From: Octopus vulgaris
Lineage: Eukaryota
DNA: 64,000 nt
NCBI GenBank assembly: GCA_951406725.2
Contig: OX597820.1
Span: 4,960,001-5,024,000 of the forward strand
Direction: 5' to 3'
Shown here one piece after another: positions 14,684-26,986 of this stretch; the stretch's first letter is position 1, and each line of letters starts with the position of its first letter. The notes under the pieces were generated by a model. That model was not told the DNA's origin and did not search any database. It saw only the letters and a list, made by a program, of their open reading frames with translations. Made by a program: the position numbers and the translations under genes.

Positions 14684-15335
14684 CGCTGATATGCATTGGC
14701 GAATTATATTATTTCCTATTTGGAGGTTTCAATTGGCGAAACAAATTTAACTGGATGCCGGCGCTTTATGATCAAAAGCCCTTGATATATTTGTTCCGCA
14801 CCGAATTACTAACACACACTTGTTATTCAACCGGCGACTGAATCAATGCTATCAAGTAATCAACGATTCTCTTGTTTACCAATTGCCACATGAAATATTT
14901 AAAAGATATCTTAAAAACTGTTGGATGCAACGTATGGAATATTTGACTATTATTTCTAGCACTTCTTGTGACTGCGTAGTGGCTCCCTTGCTAGTGGATA
15001 TTTTATCTGATGACGAAATCTCACGTTTCGAATACCGAGGGAGCAAGTTCGATACCTTGTGTCTACGGAAATGAATATTTCGCGTTTGTTGGTAGATAGC
15101 GAGTAATAGTATTAGCGGTTTGTCATTTAGTGTTTACAAAGTAACCAAAGCTACATAAGCAGTAAGCAGTAACTATTACTGCGTTTTTTTAAACTAGTAC
15201 ATAATTATTTTAACACTAACATGTATTAGCAATTACTATTCTTAATCTCTTTGCCTTCTGCCCAATAAAAACAATAGTTTCCTAATAATCTCCTTCTCCC
15301 TCTTTCGCACAATCTCTCTCTCTCTGTCACATTCA

Positions 15336-15397
<62 letters not shown>

Positions 15398-15558
15398 TAG
15401 TGTGTGTGTGTGTGTTGGTGGTGCGCGCACTTGCATGTTTTCATAGGCTTTTATATTTCATTTTTGATTATGTATGTATAATGCATACACACAATTATAT
15501 CCCGATTTTAGTGCACTCATTTTTCACTTAGTTTATGTTTCTTTCAGACAAGTTCTTG

Positions 15559-15590
<32 letters not shown>

Positions 15591-17660
15591 TACATCTGCA
15601 CACACATACCTGTACACCTACACCCATATACACACACACGCGCGCCCACACATACACGTATATCATTTCTTATTTGCACTTGTATTCTAAGCGATTTGAT
15701 TCAAGACTGTTGAAACCAAAAGATTTACTTGATTCTAGAATCCTTTTTGTCATAAGCACACAGACACTCATTCACCTCCTCCTTCTCCTCACCACAAGCA
15801 TACACTTTTACCAGACACTCTTTCGTTCCCTTCTGCTTTATTATTTTGCAGTGATATTTTCGATACGAACATCGTGTATCAAAATTTTTCAGAGCATATC
15901 TACGAACTGGTCGCTGATATCTTACTTCATCGCATCTGTCTATTTCGAAGTAAGACGTTATAACAATTATGTTTTGTGTTGGTAACAACTTGTTTTGAAT
16001 GCATATTCCGTTAGCTCTCTATATCTGAAGGCGGTGTCTTCACTGATGCTGAATGAAAGATTGAAGATTTATACTTTTCGATTAAATTCCCCTTCAGAAT
16101 ACAGAGCTACAAGTATGTCAGGATTTTGTATCTGTATATGCACCTTTGCAGTAATTTTGCACTCTACTCCTTGATCACATCGGACGCATTCGACACTTTA
16201 GTGGAGTGTAATCATTCAGACGAAACTGAGGATTCTTCGTCGCTACCCAGAGTTTCTCGCGACATTAAATCCTTCAGCCGACAAAAAGGTTACCCATTCA
16301 CCTGACGCCAGAGAGCCTGAAGAGCGATGCAATAAAACCACCAACCTCAGTTGGTCAGGCATTTTATACGAGTTAGCTTTGGCCTTCCATCTTGTTTCTC
16401 GAGTATTCATCAGTATGGTACTCCTGTAATAATTCTACTATTATGAACATGAAAAGTGGATGAGTTTACAGCAGCGGCAACCCATGATGCTACGAGGATT
16501 TGGGGAACCTCGAAGGTTTTGGTTAATAAATTTACCTAAGTATATCGAGTTAAACACCCGTCATATTTAAATTAGTTATTCACGAGGATTTGGAGAACCT
16601 CTTCTTTATTGGAACGAGGAAGCTAAAACTGCGGATATGAAGAAAATGAAATGTGAGAGGCGGTTTTGATGTGGCAGAGTCCAACTTAGAAATTAAAAGT
16701 AGGACGGAATTGAAACCGAAACCGCGTTGCTGCGATGCGAACGAACATCTTCACCGCATAGACATGTTTTCCGTGTCCATATTGAAATTTAAAAATATAA
16801 TTTAAAATTTTAGAAAATAAATCAAATTCTTTAGTAACATAACAAAAGTGTTATTCCAAATTTTGCAACGCAGAAATAGGACTAGTAAAACAGAAAGCAG
16901 TCTTATTGAGGTTTCAAAATATTTTTACTTTAAAGCAGTTTTTCTTCAACTTTTCATTTGAAGTGGCCCCCCCCCCCTTTTTTTACCTACGAAATCAAAC
17001 ATATTGAGAACGTTTCTTTTGAGAAGTCCATGAAGCCTTTCAGTTCTTTGGTCTCCGAAAGAAAATGTCAGACTAAGGCGCCGGTCAGTGCCTTTGGTTA
17101 TAACGTTCATACCTTTATGTTTGTACGAAAAATCAATATAATAAAACAATGACAGCGTGGAAGGGGCGCGCGCACACACAGAGCATTATTTGGTGTCAAA
17201 ATCTTCGATCTGGTTACAGACGATGTTTCAATGAAGTTTTTTGTTTGCTTGAATGATTAATAGGTGTCTTCCGCGCTGTAATAATCTTAGTTTTACTCTG
17301 TCTCACATCAAATCACTCGCCTTGTATGTACATCTCCAAAACACACTAAATGTTTCTAACATAGATATAAAACCTGGAATTCCTTGTAGAAGTGTTAGTC
17401 GGTTATATCAACCCCAGAAGTTGACTGGTACTTTGATTCAAAAGAACGACAGACAAAGTTGACCTTGGTAACATCTGAAGATCTCGATGTAAAGCAATGG
17501 AACAGGTATCGCTGTTTCTTTTACAGCATTTTTTGTGACACTTCATTGATTTTGCCTGGGTATATCGTATTTCTGGAATACTCGGCCACATACTAATTCA
17601 ATCAGTAAGTCAAACAGTTTAGCAAACATCTGAATCCTTACCGCCCAAAACGACAGAAAA

Positions 17661-17692
<32 letters not shown>

Positions 17693-19429
17693 CCCGGGAT
17701 ATATCTGCATTAAGTACGATCCATTGATAGTTATTTTAATGTAATATTATTGCTTTCGTTGTTTTCATATAACAAATATCTGCGCAGACTCCAAAAGCTG
17801 ACTTCCAATATGGAACTCACAAGCGACGGGATCGATCGTAGAACCATCACGATATTGAACTCACACAGGCGAAGCTATCACATGATGCACGGTGGACGAA
17901 GGTAATAAGGCTTTGAAAAGGCGAGCTGTTAACTCATACATGTTTCTGGGCGTCCAATGTTTAGCGTTGTTAGTAACTGTGGACATGTTTGTGACATTTA
18001 CATCTGATCTTCACCTCTTAGCACAAAGAAGTGATAACTGGTCCACACAACCTCCTAAGTAAACACAAGTCTTATCGCTACGATGTCATAACTCGTTCAC
18101 ACAACCTCTTAAATAAACATAGGTCTTAACATGTGACCTTTATCATAATACTGATCTTTCTTAGTCGGTGGTGTTGGTGGTGGTGGTGGTAGTGATTATG
18201 GTCGATTTAATAGTGGTGGCGGTGTTGAAAGTGTCTTCTTAGTAGTGGCAGTAAGGGTGTGGATGGAGGCGATATCAGTGGTTGCGTTTTTAGTTTAGTC
18301 TAGCAGGGCCTTAATTGAATAAACCTGACAAAGCCATTCCACCTGTGACCACATCTTCTGTTAAATGTATCCAATACTGGTTTCAAATGTCGGTACAAGG
18401 CCAATAATTTCAATTACATCGGCACCAGCGATCTGTTGGGGACTTTCTTTTATCGATTCGAACTCATAGAGTACAGACGGCTGAAGTGCCGCCGGCCCTT
18501 TTACCCGGTGTGCCAACAATTCTTCCAGCGCTAATATTACATTGATAATGGATCTTTCTCATTTTGAAAGGATAGAAATTGATTTGAGGAATTTAAACAG
18601 TTGTCTAACTTTATGTAGAGGATCCTTATATAAGTCGTGGATGATGAAATGCGATACAGTCGTGACCATCCTACCTCAGGGGAAAATATATTTCATATAC
18701 AAGTTATTGTAAACATACGTTTCCTTCCTTTCCGGGACAAGTTTGACCAGGGGCTAAACAACAAGCGCAGTAGCAGTAACAACAACAACAATAACAACAT
18801 CAGGAACTTCAACAGCGGCCACATCCCCAGTATTAACACCAACACTGAACCACCACCACCGCCGCCGCTGCCACCACAGCAACTGTAATGCAACCACCAT
18901 CAACACAGCCTCCACCATCACCACCAGTAACACAACCTCCGCCATTACCAACAGAAAACCCCCATCGTCAACATTAACACCTCTCCCGCCACCACCGCAA
19001 GCAACTCCCACACACCACGCGCCCACCACCACCACCATTCACCCCATCCCCACCACCTCCCTGCCTCAGTATAATCCCTGATAAAGTAAACAGCAGCCAC
19101 TATTTCAAAATGGTGACTAATTCAGACAGGTTTGTCCACTTGGCTTCTCCAAACTCTCTCACCCAATGACGCCATTTTCTATCGAACAATGTCGTCAATA
19201 GATTAGGTTTATTGGCGCCGTGAATATCGATTAATGCATCATCGATATTGGTGGTAGTCTTATTAGTCAACATCAATCATCATCATCACCCTCCCCCACC
19301 CCAAGAACATGAAGGAATCGCGTTTTAACGATATTAGATAGAATTGAACAAATAAATTGAAATATCTACTCATTGAAATGGAGATAACAACCGCGGTTGT
19401 TGCACTCGTGTGTGTGTGTGTGTGTGAAC

Positions 19430-19460
<31 letters not shown>

Positions 19461-19761
19461 TCAAGTGCGATAACTCTAAACACATGTTCACACACGTGTT
19501 TGGTGTGATTTCTCCGGGTTGTTTACGCGCGGTCACACAGTCGTAGATCGAATTACATTCACTTATTGATTACCATTTACTGACCACGACATGTCCAAAT
19601 AGTAGGTGTGTGTTTATCCATATATATGTATATATTTATATCTCCCTCTCTATCTCTATCTCTATATATATATTTATATATTCCTCTCTATCTCTTTATC
19701 TCTCTCTCTCTATATATATATTTATATCTCTCTCTCTATATATATATATATTTATATCTCC

Positions 19762-19793
<32 letters not shown>

Positions 19794-19835
19794 TTATATC
19801 TCCCTCTCTCTATCTATATATATATATATATCTCC

Positions 19836-19900
<65 letters not shown>

Positions 19901-20040
19901 CTCTATCTCTTTCTCTCTCTCTCTCTCTCTCTCTCGATATATATATATATATATATGAATAAATGAAAGAATGGAGTCGAACGAAGATGTTAACAAAATT
20001 CGATGCTGACGATAAACATAGGATAATTCATTCACCTACT

Positions 20041-20071
<31 letters not shown>

Positions 20072-20403
20072 TTCCCTAATTAGATGGGCATATAACAACA
20101 TGGTAGCCGACACTCAAGATCTTTAGTGAGACACAACTTTATCGATGTACGTAATAAGACCCAGACTGCAAAATCGATACGACACAATATATTAAACGGA
20201 GTCCTACACATAAACAACAACAGGACAGGTCGAAGCGAACGTCGTACAGAATAAAGCTGAAAACCAAATCCGTCTCCTCGTTACCTATATATATATATAT
20301 ATATATTATCAATAGTAATAAAGGGTAAAATTAATTAACTAGTAATTAATAATTCCACCAAGTAGAATTCGGCATGATAAAAGGACCATTTTTCGGTAAA
20401 CTT

Positions 20404-20737
20404 AATATTTTATAATTACGAGTATAATTATAATTAGGGTTCAGCAAAGATTTACTTTACCACCTACCGAACTTTAGAATTAGCAGCCAAACAACCTTAG
20501 CTATTTCTTCTACTATAAGAAGAGACTCCCGGAAAAAACAAAATACTCGAAATAACCCACGCAGACAGAGAGGAAAAATAACGAGATTTACTTATTTCGA
20601 GTATTTTGTTTTGTCCGGGAGTCTCTTCTTATAGTTAAAGAAATAGCTAAGGTTCTTTGGCTGCTATTTCTAAAGTTCGGTAGGTGGTAAAGCAAATCTT
20701 TGCTAAACCCTAATTATACTCGTAATTATAAAATATT
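20404..20737. repeat. ~150-bp imperfect inverted repeat, (TA)n-embedded Penelope-like terminus
   Basis: Arms at ~20404-20555 and ~20592-20737. A single-arm relative lies at ~45690-45830. Confidence 0.88.
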
Positions 20738-20791
<54 letters not shown>

Positions 20792-20946
20792 GTATTTTTC
20801 AATATTTACAAATAACACGGAAAAAATAAATAGTTACCGGTGTAGCAAAAATTCACAAAGTACCAAGGATGTAACAGCCTATTTGTAAATGGAGAAATTC
20901 CATTGCTTAGTGAAATGTTTTTGTATTACATAGATAAATAAATGGA

Positions 20947-21509
20947 GTTAAACACAGGTATTATTCAAATCTTTATACTTCCGACATATGTTTCGAAGAA
21001 AACAGCATTATTCCGGAAGGAATAAAATGTAAAACAATGCAATCTTCTCATCAGGGGAAAAAAAGAGAAACAAAACGCACCGATAAGATATTTTAACTGA
21101 ATGTGATTACTGCATATATGACGAAGGGAAAGCTGGTAGGTTATTTTTTTTAACCGTTAATATATATAACGTCAAAGGCAATTTGTAGAAAAAGAAGGAA
21201 GAAAGAAATTAACCGAAAATTAAAAGTGGAGAAATATAGTGCGATAGGTGAATAGGAATAAAGGTAAAAGTCCTTTCACGTTATATATACTAACGTTCTT
21301 TTTTTTAAATAACACACCAGCGTTCCCTTCATCATATATACAGTAATCACGTTCGGTTAAAATGTCTTATTGATGCCTTTTGTTTCTCTTCCGTTCCCCC
21401 CGAAGAGAAGATTGCATTGTGTTATATCATTTTATTCCTTCTGGAATAGTACCAATGTTTTCTTTGAAGCATATGTCGGAAGTATGAAGATTTGAATAAC
21501 ACCTGTGTT

Positions 21510-21514
<5 letters not shown>
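20947..21514. repeat. ~225-bp imperfect inverted repeat containing hammerhead motifs
   Basis: Arms at ~20947-21172 and ~21278-21514 (AGTTAAACACAGGT / ACCTGTGTTTAACT). Confidence 0.88.
20979..21060 (-). ncRNA. Minimal type I hammerhead ribozyme motif (Penelope-type)
   Basis: Minus strand: TTCC-C-CTGATGA-GAAGA…TCTTC-GAAA-C-ATAT-G-TC-GGAA. Core intact, 5-bp stem II, palindromic stem III ACATATGT. Confidence 0.75.
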
Positions 21515-21561
<47 letters not shown>

Positions 21562-21705
21562 TAAAAGGAATTCCAACCTTGTCTGATTTTCACGTTTTAT
21601 TTACAATCTTATAATGACATATTATAAGATAATATATTATAATAGAATAGATTAAAATAAAATAAAATAAAATAAAATAATAGAATGTTAAATGTTCATT
21701 CTGAT

Positions 21706-21750
21706 TGAACTAGTACTTTCATGCATTGAATTCTGCAATCTTCGGGTTCA
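21706..21750 (-). ncRNA. Minimal hammerhead motif (one core substitution)
   Basis: Minus strand: TGAAC-CCGAAGA-TTGCA-GAATTCAA-TGCAT-GAAA-GTAC-TA-GTTCA. Stem I is TGAAC/GTTCA; palindrome AGTACT. Confidence 0.6.
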
Positions 21751-24632
21751 TGTAGTAGTGGTGACAGTCATGCTTCACAATTTTTGACTGTAGCAAGATG
21801 ATTGATTCTGTGCTATAAATACAGCTGGGAGAGGCTCCAGAGTGCGAGGTTTTGCAAACTGTATTCTGACCAATCAGTGTGTAGTATCACTCAATTACTT
21901 AAGCTGATTGGTTGGTTGAGCTGATTGGTTTAGGCGTCACGCTTTGTTGGACATGTCAAGAGTCCTGTATCTTAACCCTGGCTGAGGCAGCAATTGTTGG
22001 GCTATTTTTAGAAATGTTGTAAATAGCCTTTGTCAGAGATTTTTATATTTTTATATTTCAATTGTCATCATCATCATTGTCAGCACCTTAATTATTGTTG
22101 CTAGTAGTGATGGTGGTGGCAAGAGAACTTTTAACCCTAAATAAGATAATTTTCCTGCTATCTTCATCTTGATCACCTTTAGTATTGTTGTTGTTGTTAG
22201 TGGTCATGGTCGTAGCAGTAGAAGTTTTAGCTTCGAATGACGCCACCCCGCTGGCTAAGCGAGCAGGTTAATATATATATACTACTAATATAGGATTAAG
22301 TTTTTTTAACAGACAAAAAATTCCATAAAAAAATGTGGCAGCATATTAAAATACCTTTACAGTTAAAATTATAAACGGTTATATTACGGTTAAAATTATA
22401 AGTTGTACATACATATATATATATATATTGGTGTGGAGGCGCAATGGCCTAGTTGTTAGTGCAGCGGACTCGCGGTCGTAGGAACGCGGCGGTTTCGATC
22501 CCCAGACCGGGCGTTGTGAGTGTTTATTAAGCGACCCCCCCCACACACACACGCATACACACAAGCAAGGACACAACAAGAATAAGCACACAGAGGAACA
22601 AGCGCGCACGCACAACCCATTAGCTTTCTCTTCCCAATTGACAAGCCAACACGTGGTCACGGAAATGACCGATTCAGTGTTTACATTATTTCGAGTTAAA
22701 ACGAAAGATTGCTATATATATATATATATACATATGTGTGTGTGTGTGTGTGGTAAATGAGAGACGGAAGATGGAATATACGAGAGTTTTTATTATTAAT
22801 CACGACAATTGTTTCGACACATCTAGCATCGATCCCTCACTTAACCCGGTTCAGAAGCATCCGGTGAAGATGTATATCACATCGGGTGATGATACAACTC
22901 GTTAAAATAGATACAACTCAAAAAAATAACAGCTCCGCAACGTGTCTTCTCATTTCTTAGAATGAAAAGTAGCAAAACGAAGACAATATCTTCATTTACT
23001 TAGAAGATCAAAAATAATATCACAGATGCAAAGAAGAAACGAACACGCAATACAACGAGAAGAGTATTAAAAATAACCGTTAACTAAGATCGAAGTATAA
23101 ACGCCCTCGCGCAAGCTACATGGTGCATGTACTCTCGCTCATACAAGCATCCACGAAAATGTAAACATACACACACATGTGGTTTGGTGAACTCACGATC
23201 AAAAAGCGAATTAAATAGTTCATTGGTGTTTATAAGAATGAGGAGGTTAGAACTAAACTTCATTCATCCGTACCGAATTGTAAATTATGTTTAATAGATA
23301 CTCAAATTCACTCCCACAGCATTTAGCGAAAGTCCGTTTAAATGCATTTAGACATGTTGAGAATCTTTCAGAAATTCTATTAATGATCTTCTCATGTGTC
23401 CACTTTTCGGTCGCAAAGTGTTCAATATTGTTCGATATACAGTTAATAGAGAGCATTATGTACAAAAACGAGATAATCATACAACATGTGTGGTGTTCAA
23501 TAAATACATGCAAAAACATGGATATTAATGGTCACATTGATATCGATATCAATAAGCAACAAAAATTTCTTTTTTTTTTTTTTCTCCAGTTTCATGCAAA
23601 AGATTTTATAAGTTAACAAGGAGAGAAAACTGCTCTCGATGGCAAATCATATTTTGTTTGAATTATTCTCGGTTACCAACATGGAAAGATGTTTGATCAA
23701 GGTTTACCGTCATAGGATTACAAAAGAATGAGAAAACCGAAATTGCACTTACCTTATTTAATACTCTAACACGATTGCCCGTGGCTCGTTGGGCCACCAA
23801 TAGTTCAAGGTATCCGAAAATATCGCGTATCTCAGGGAATCCGTGGTCTGATTTACGCGAAACTTATTCTATTCCGTTTGTATTCACATTTCAATGGTGC
23901 CCTACTTTCAGAGAATTTTCCCAATATGCACCCAATATATATTAAATTACAGACAAGCAAGTAATCACAGACTTTTAATAGTAGACAGTCCACCACCTCT
24001 GACCGGAGAGTAGTGCTCAATATTTCCAAGTAAAACCCTCAGTGGTCGGAAAGCAGAAGTTCTAGGGTTTAAGACGGCATTTTTTGTGTACATCCACGTT
24101 TTATATAGTCAGAGAATCCATTAGAATCTAGACGCATCAACACGGTGGACGCCAGGAATGGCTACGCACCATAACATTGAATTCACAGCGAAGTAAAATA
24201 ACATTTAGGCATTATTTGTTGGTTGTATACAGCAGGTGTATATGTACTAATCCAATATAAAACGTAGATCCGATTCAGGGCTTGTTCCAGGTGTGGGATG
24301 CAGTAGTTGTAATAACTGGTACCACAGAATTAGTTATTAAAATTTCAAGCTCCAAGATATCAGTCTGGATACTAAGTACGCCATAGATATTCCGAATTTA
24401 CTGGTAGGTGAACAGAAAAAAAAAAATTCTGGATGGCCAGAAGCAGATAATATACGGAGAAGAAAAGTGGAAAAAATATCGAACATTTCTTCGCAATTGT
24501 GGGGAAGGGATGTAAGGGGAGGTGGTTATCTGCTTTTAGAATTAGAATTCAACAGAAGGTTAATGATAAATTACAGAATGGCAACAGTGTAAATTACACG
24601 GTCAGGTGTTCGAATTCGCCATGGTTCTGTAT

Positions 24633-24792
24633 ATATTTCTTTATTGCCCACAAGGGGCTAAACATAGAGGGGACAAACAAGGACAGACAAAGGGATTAAG
24701 TCGATTACAACAACCCCAGTGCGCAACTGGTACTTTATTTATCGACCCCGAAAGGATGAAAGGCAAAGTCGACCTCGGCGGAATTTGAACTC
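24633..24792 (-). mobile_element. SINE family A, 3' part
   Basis: Reverse complement of family A from the B box to the tail. Confidence 0.88.
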
Positions 24793-25053
24793 ATATTATG
24801 GTGAATGTTCAGAATGGTGTATTTTGCAGGTGTTTCTCTCTCGCTCCAAATCTCTTGTTTATAAAACACAATTATATGTGTCTGTGGAAGGTTAATAAAT
24901 AAATCGAATGAAAACAGAAATAACAAAAAAAAAATAAAGGAAAGAAATAATGAATAGAAATTTTATTTTTTAAATGAAGTCTCTTGTGTTCACGAAGCAA
25001 TGTGGTTGTAAGTCTATACACACACATACACACACCATAATATATAAACCATT

Positions 25054-25169
25054 AAGGCGGCGAGCTGGCAGAAACGTTAGCACGCCAGGCGAAATACTTA
25101 GCGGTATTTCATCTGTCGCTACGTTCTGAGTTCAAATTCCGCCGAGGTCGACTTTGCCTTTCATCCTTT
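25054..25169 (+). mobile_element. SINE family A, 5' half (tRNA-like head)
   Basis: AGGCGGCGAGCTGGCAGAAACGTTAGC ... B-box-like GAGTTCAAATTCC; breaks off at CATCCTTT. Confidence 0.9.
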
Positions 25170-25222
25170 TTTACACTTTTTCTGTTTTGGCGGCCGTTTT
25201 CGGTCTGTCAGACAGAAAGGAA

Positions 25223-26638
25223 ATGGACTATGAGTCTCTAACAGACTTGTCCACGACAGATGAGGAACTGGAACAGGCAATTGCAATGAAGCTGATGGAA
25301 GAAAAGGCTGGAGTTTTCGAGTCTTTATCAGACTTGCCTACGTCTGAGAAGGAGCTAGAAATGGCAGCAAGGAATTTGGAAGAGAAGCTGGGTTATACCT
25401 ATGCCGGTGTAACCAAGAAGGCGGAAGAGAAAGGGGTCGACATGGCCAAGTTGACAAGTTACCAGAAATACATGAAAAAGGAAAGCGGTGAGGTGGAACT
25501 ATCACCGACACCCAGGAGAAAAGAATGGTATGATAAGAGGACCATTATGTACAGGGTGTTCGCAAACGAAAGGAAGAGGGTAGAAGTTGTAACCATGGAA
25601 TGGATAGAGGAAGCCCTGCGAAGAACTGAGGAGGAAATAAATTTTCTGACTCGAGGATCCAAGTACGGTACCGTAGTTGTGCATTTCAAAACTGAGTCTG
25701 CAGCGAGGAAGATGGCGGCGAAGGCGGTGAAGTCAGAAAAGGTAACCCTATTACCTACGTATTTAAACAGGAGGATTACACGAATAAGGGTGGAGGGAGT
25801 GCCACCAAACGTGGAGGCAGAATGGATTGTGGCGGCTGTGATCAGCGGCCACGAGGACGAGGTGGATATTCTCCATGCCTCGGTTAAGTCCGAGGGCTGG
25901 AGAGGCGTAACAGTGGAGCTGAACGTACAGGCAGAGACCGAGGTACTGGTGGACCTGACGGAAAGCATCAGACTGGGAGACGTGATCATGAGAGTGTGGG
26001 TGGAGGGCAGGGCTCCACGTTGTTACAAGTGTGGCCTGAGGGGTCACATAAGAGCCTTCTGCCCTCCCCCAGGGAAAGAAACGGATTCCGAACCAGAGAG
26101 AGAGAAGCAGAAACCAGAGGAGAAGGAAACAGAGGAAGAGAATACACAGAAATGGAAGGAAGCTGGAAGTAAGAGGAAGAGAAGAATTCGTGGAAAAGAA
26201 AATAATATGGAACTCCAATCTACCCCAAAACCACCCACACCCTCTGAGTCCCACCCTATCCATGCAGACATTGAACCCACCCGCTCCCCCCCAACAAGAA
26301 AACAAAAGAAAAAAAAAGAATACACACACACAAGAGATTGAAATCGAACCCAGGCCGTACATTTGTACTATGACTGAACAGAGGGAAGTTAAAAGTCTAA
26401 TGGAAGAGTATAAACGGTATGATGTTGGAGAGACTAGGTATGCTGTGATTGAAAAAAGAACATAGGTGAGTTTATGGGGAGGTGTGAAAGGGAGAATTGG
26501 GAGGTGAAAGATATAAGAATGAGCGATGAATTCGTGGAAAATATGAATGAGTATTTCGGAGTAAGAATGGATATGGAATTTATTCGTATTGGCAAAGAAC
26601 ATTCAAGTGACTATGAAAAACAAAGGACAGGTAAGTGA
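25223..26638 (+). CDS. Gag/ORF1-like nucleic-acid-binding protein, copy 1 (acidic repeat N-terminus, RRM-like region, CX2CX4HX4C knuckle); two compensating 1-nt frameshifts in A-rich runs
   Basis: Starts MDYESL at ATG 25223. Contains GTVVVHFKTESAA, ITRIRVEGVPP and VEGRAPRCYKCGLRGHIRAFCP (knuckle at 26021-26062), a layout typical of L1/Tx1-type non-LTR ORF1. The consensus of the three copies continues to ...EKQRTGK* (~471 aa). Confidence 0.8.
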
Positions 26639-26986
26639 TGCTGACGGACGGGGCCGTTGGTATCGCTTTCATTTTATCATTTTTTTCGTTTAACACTTCA
26701 TGTTCATATAGTTTAATTATAATGTTCTATGTCCCCATGTTTTGTTATGTCCGCCGTTCTTCGTAGCCCCTTAGTGGGTAATAAAGAAATAGAAATTCGG
26801 CAACGAATTTTGAAGGAGTCGGTCGTGTTTTTTTACGCTCGTAAAATTCGGTAAAAAAGAACAAAAGGCGTTGTTGTTGTTGTGGAAATTCTGAACGGCG
26901 TTGACGCGGTTTCGCGTTTCGCTCGTTCAGCGCGTTACACTTTTTCTGTTTTGGCGGCCGTTTTCGGTCTGTCAGACAGAAAGGAA

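Noticed and set aside
15725-15988. Possible piggyBac cysteine-rich C-terminus
   Set aside because: Cys/His spacing is not convincing and no TIR/TTAA end was found.
17788-17901. Possible AG…GT-bounded exon with one open frame
   Set aside because: Weak polypyrimidine tract and an unrecognisable peptide; cannot be supported without RNA data.
22432-22505. tRNA gene
   Set aside because: A/B-box-like sequence continues into SINE family C body sequence, so this is a SINE head.
24260-24335. PHD-like GVGCSSCNNWYH peptide
   Set aside because: The motif is incomplete, surrounded by stops and has no clear splice context.
25154-25222. ORF-track N-terminal extensions of ORF1 (MPFILF… / MEILNG…)
   Set aside because: They rely on TTG/GTG starts and differ between copies. 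The first shared ATG is MDYESL.
26761-26860. Hammerhead/retrozyme at the unit junction (rolling-circle origin)
   Set aside because: No CUGANGA core near the junction, and the units carry distinct variants.
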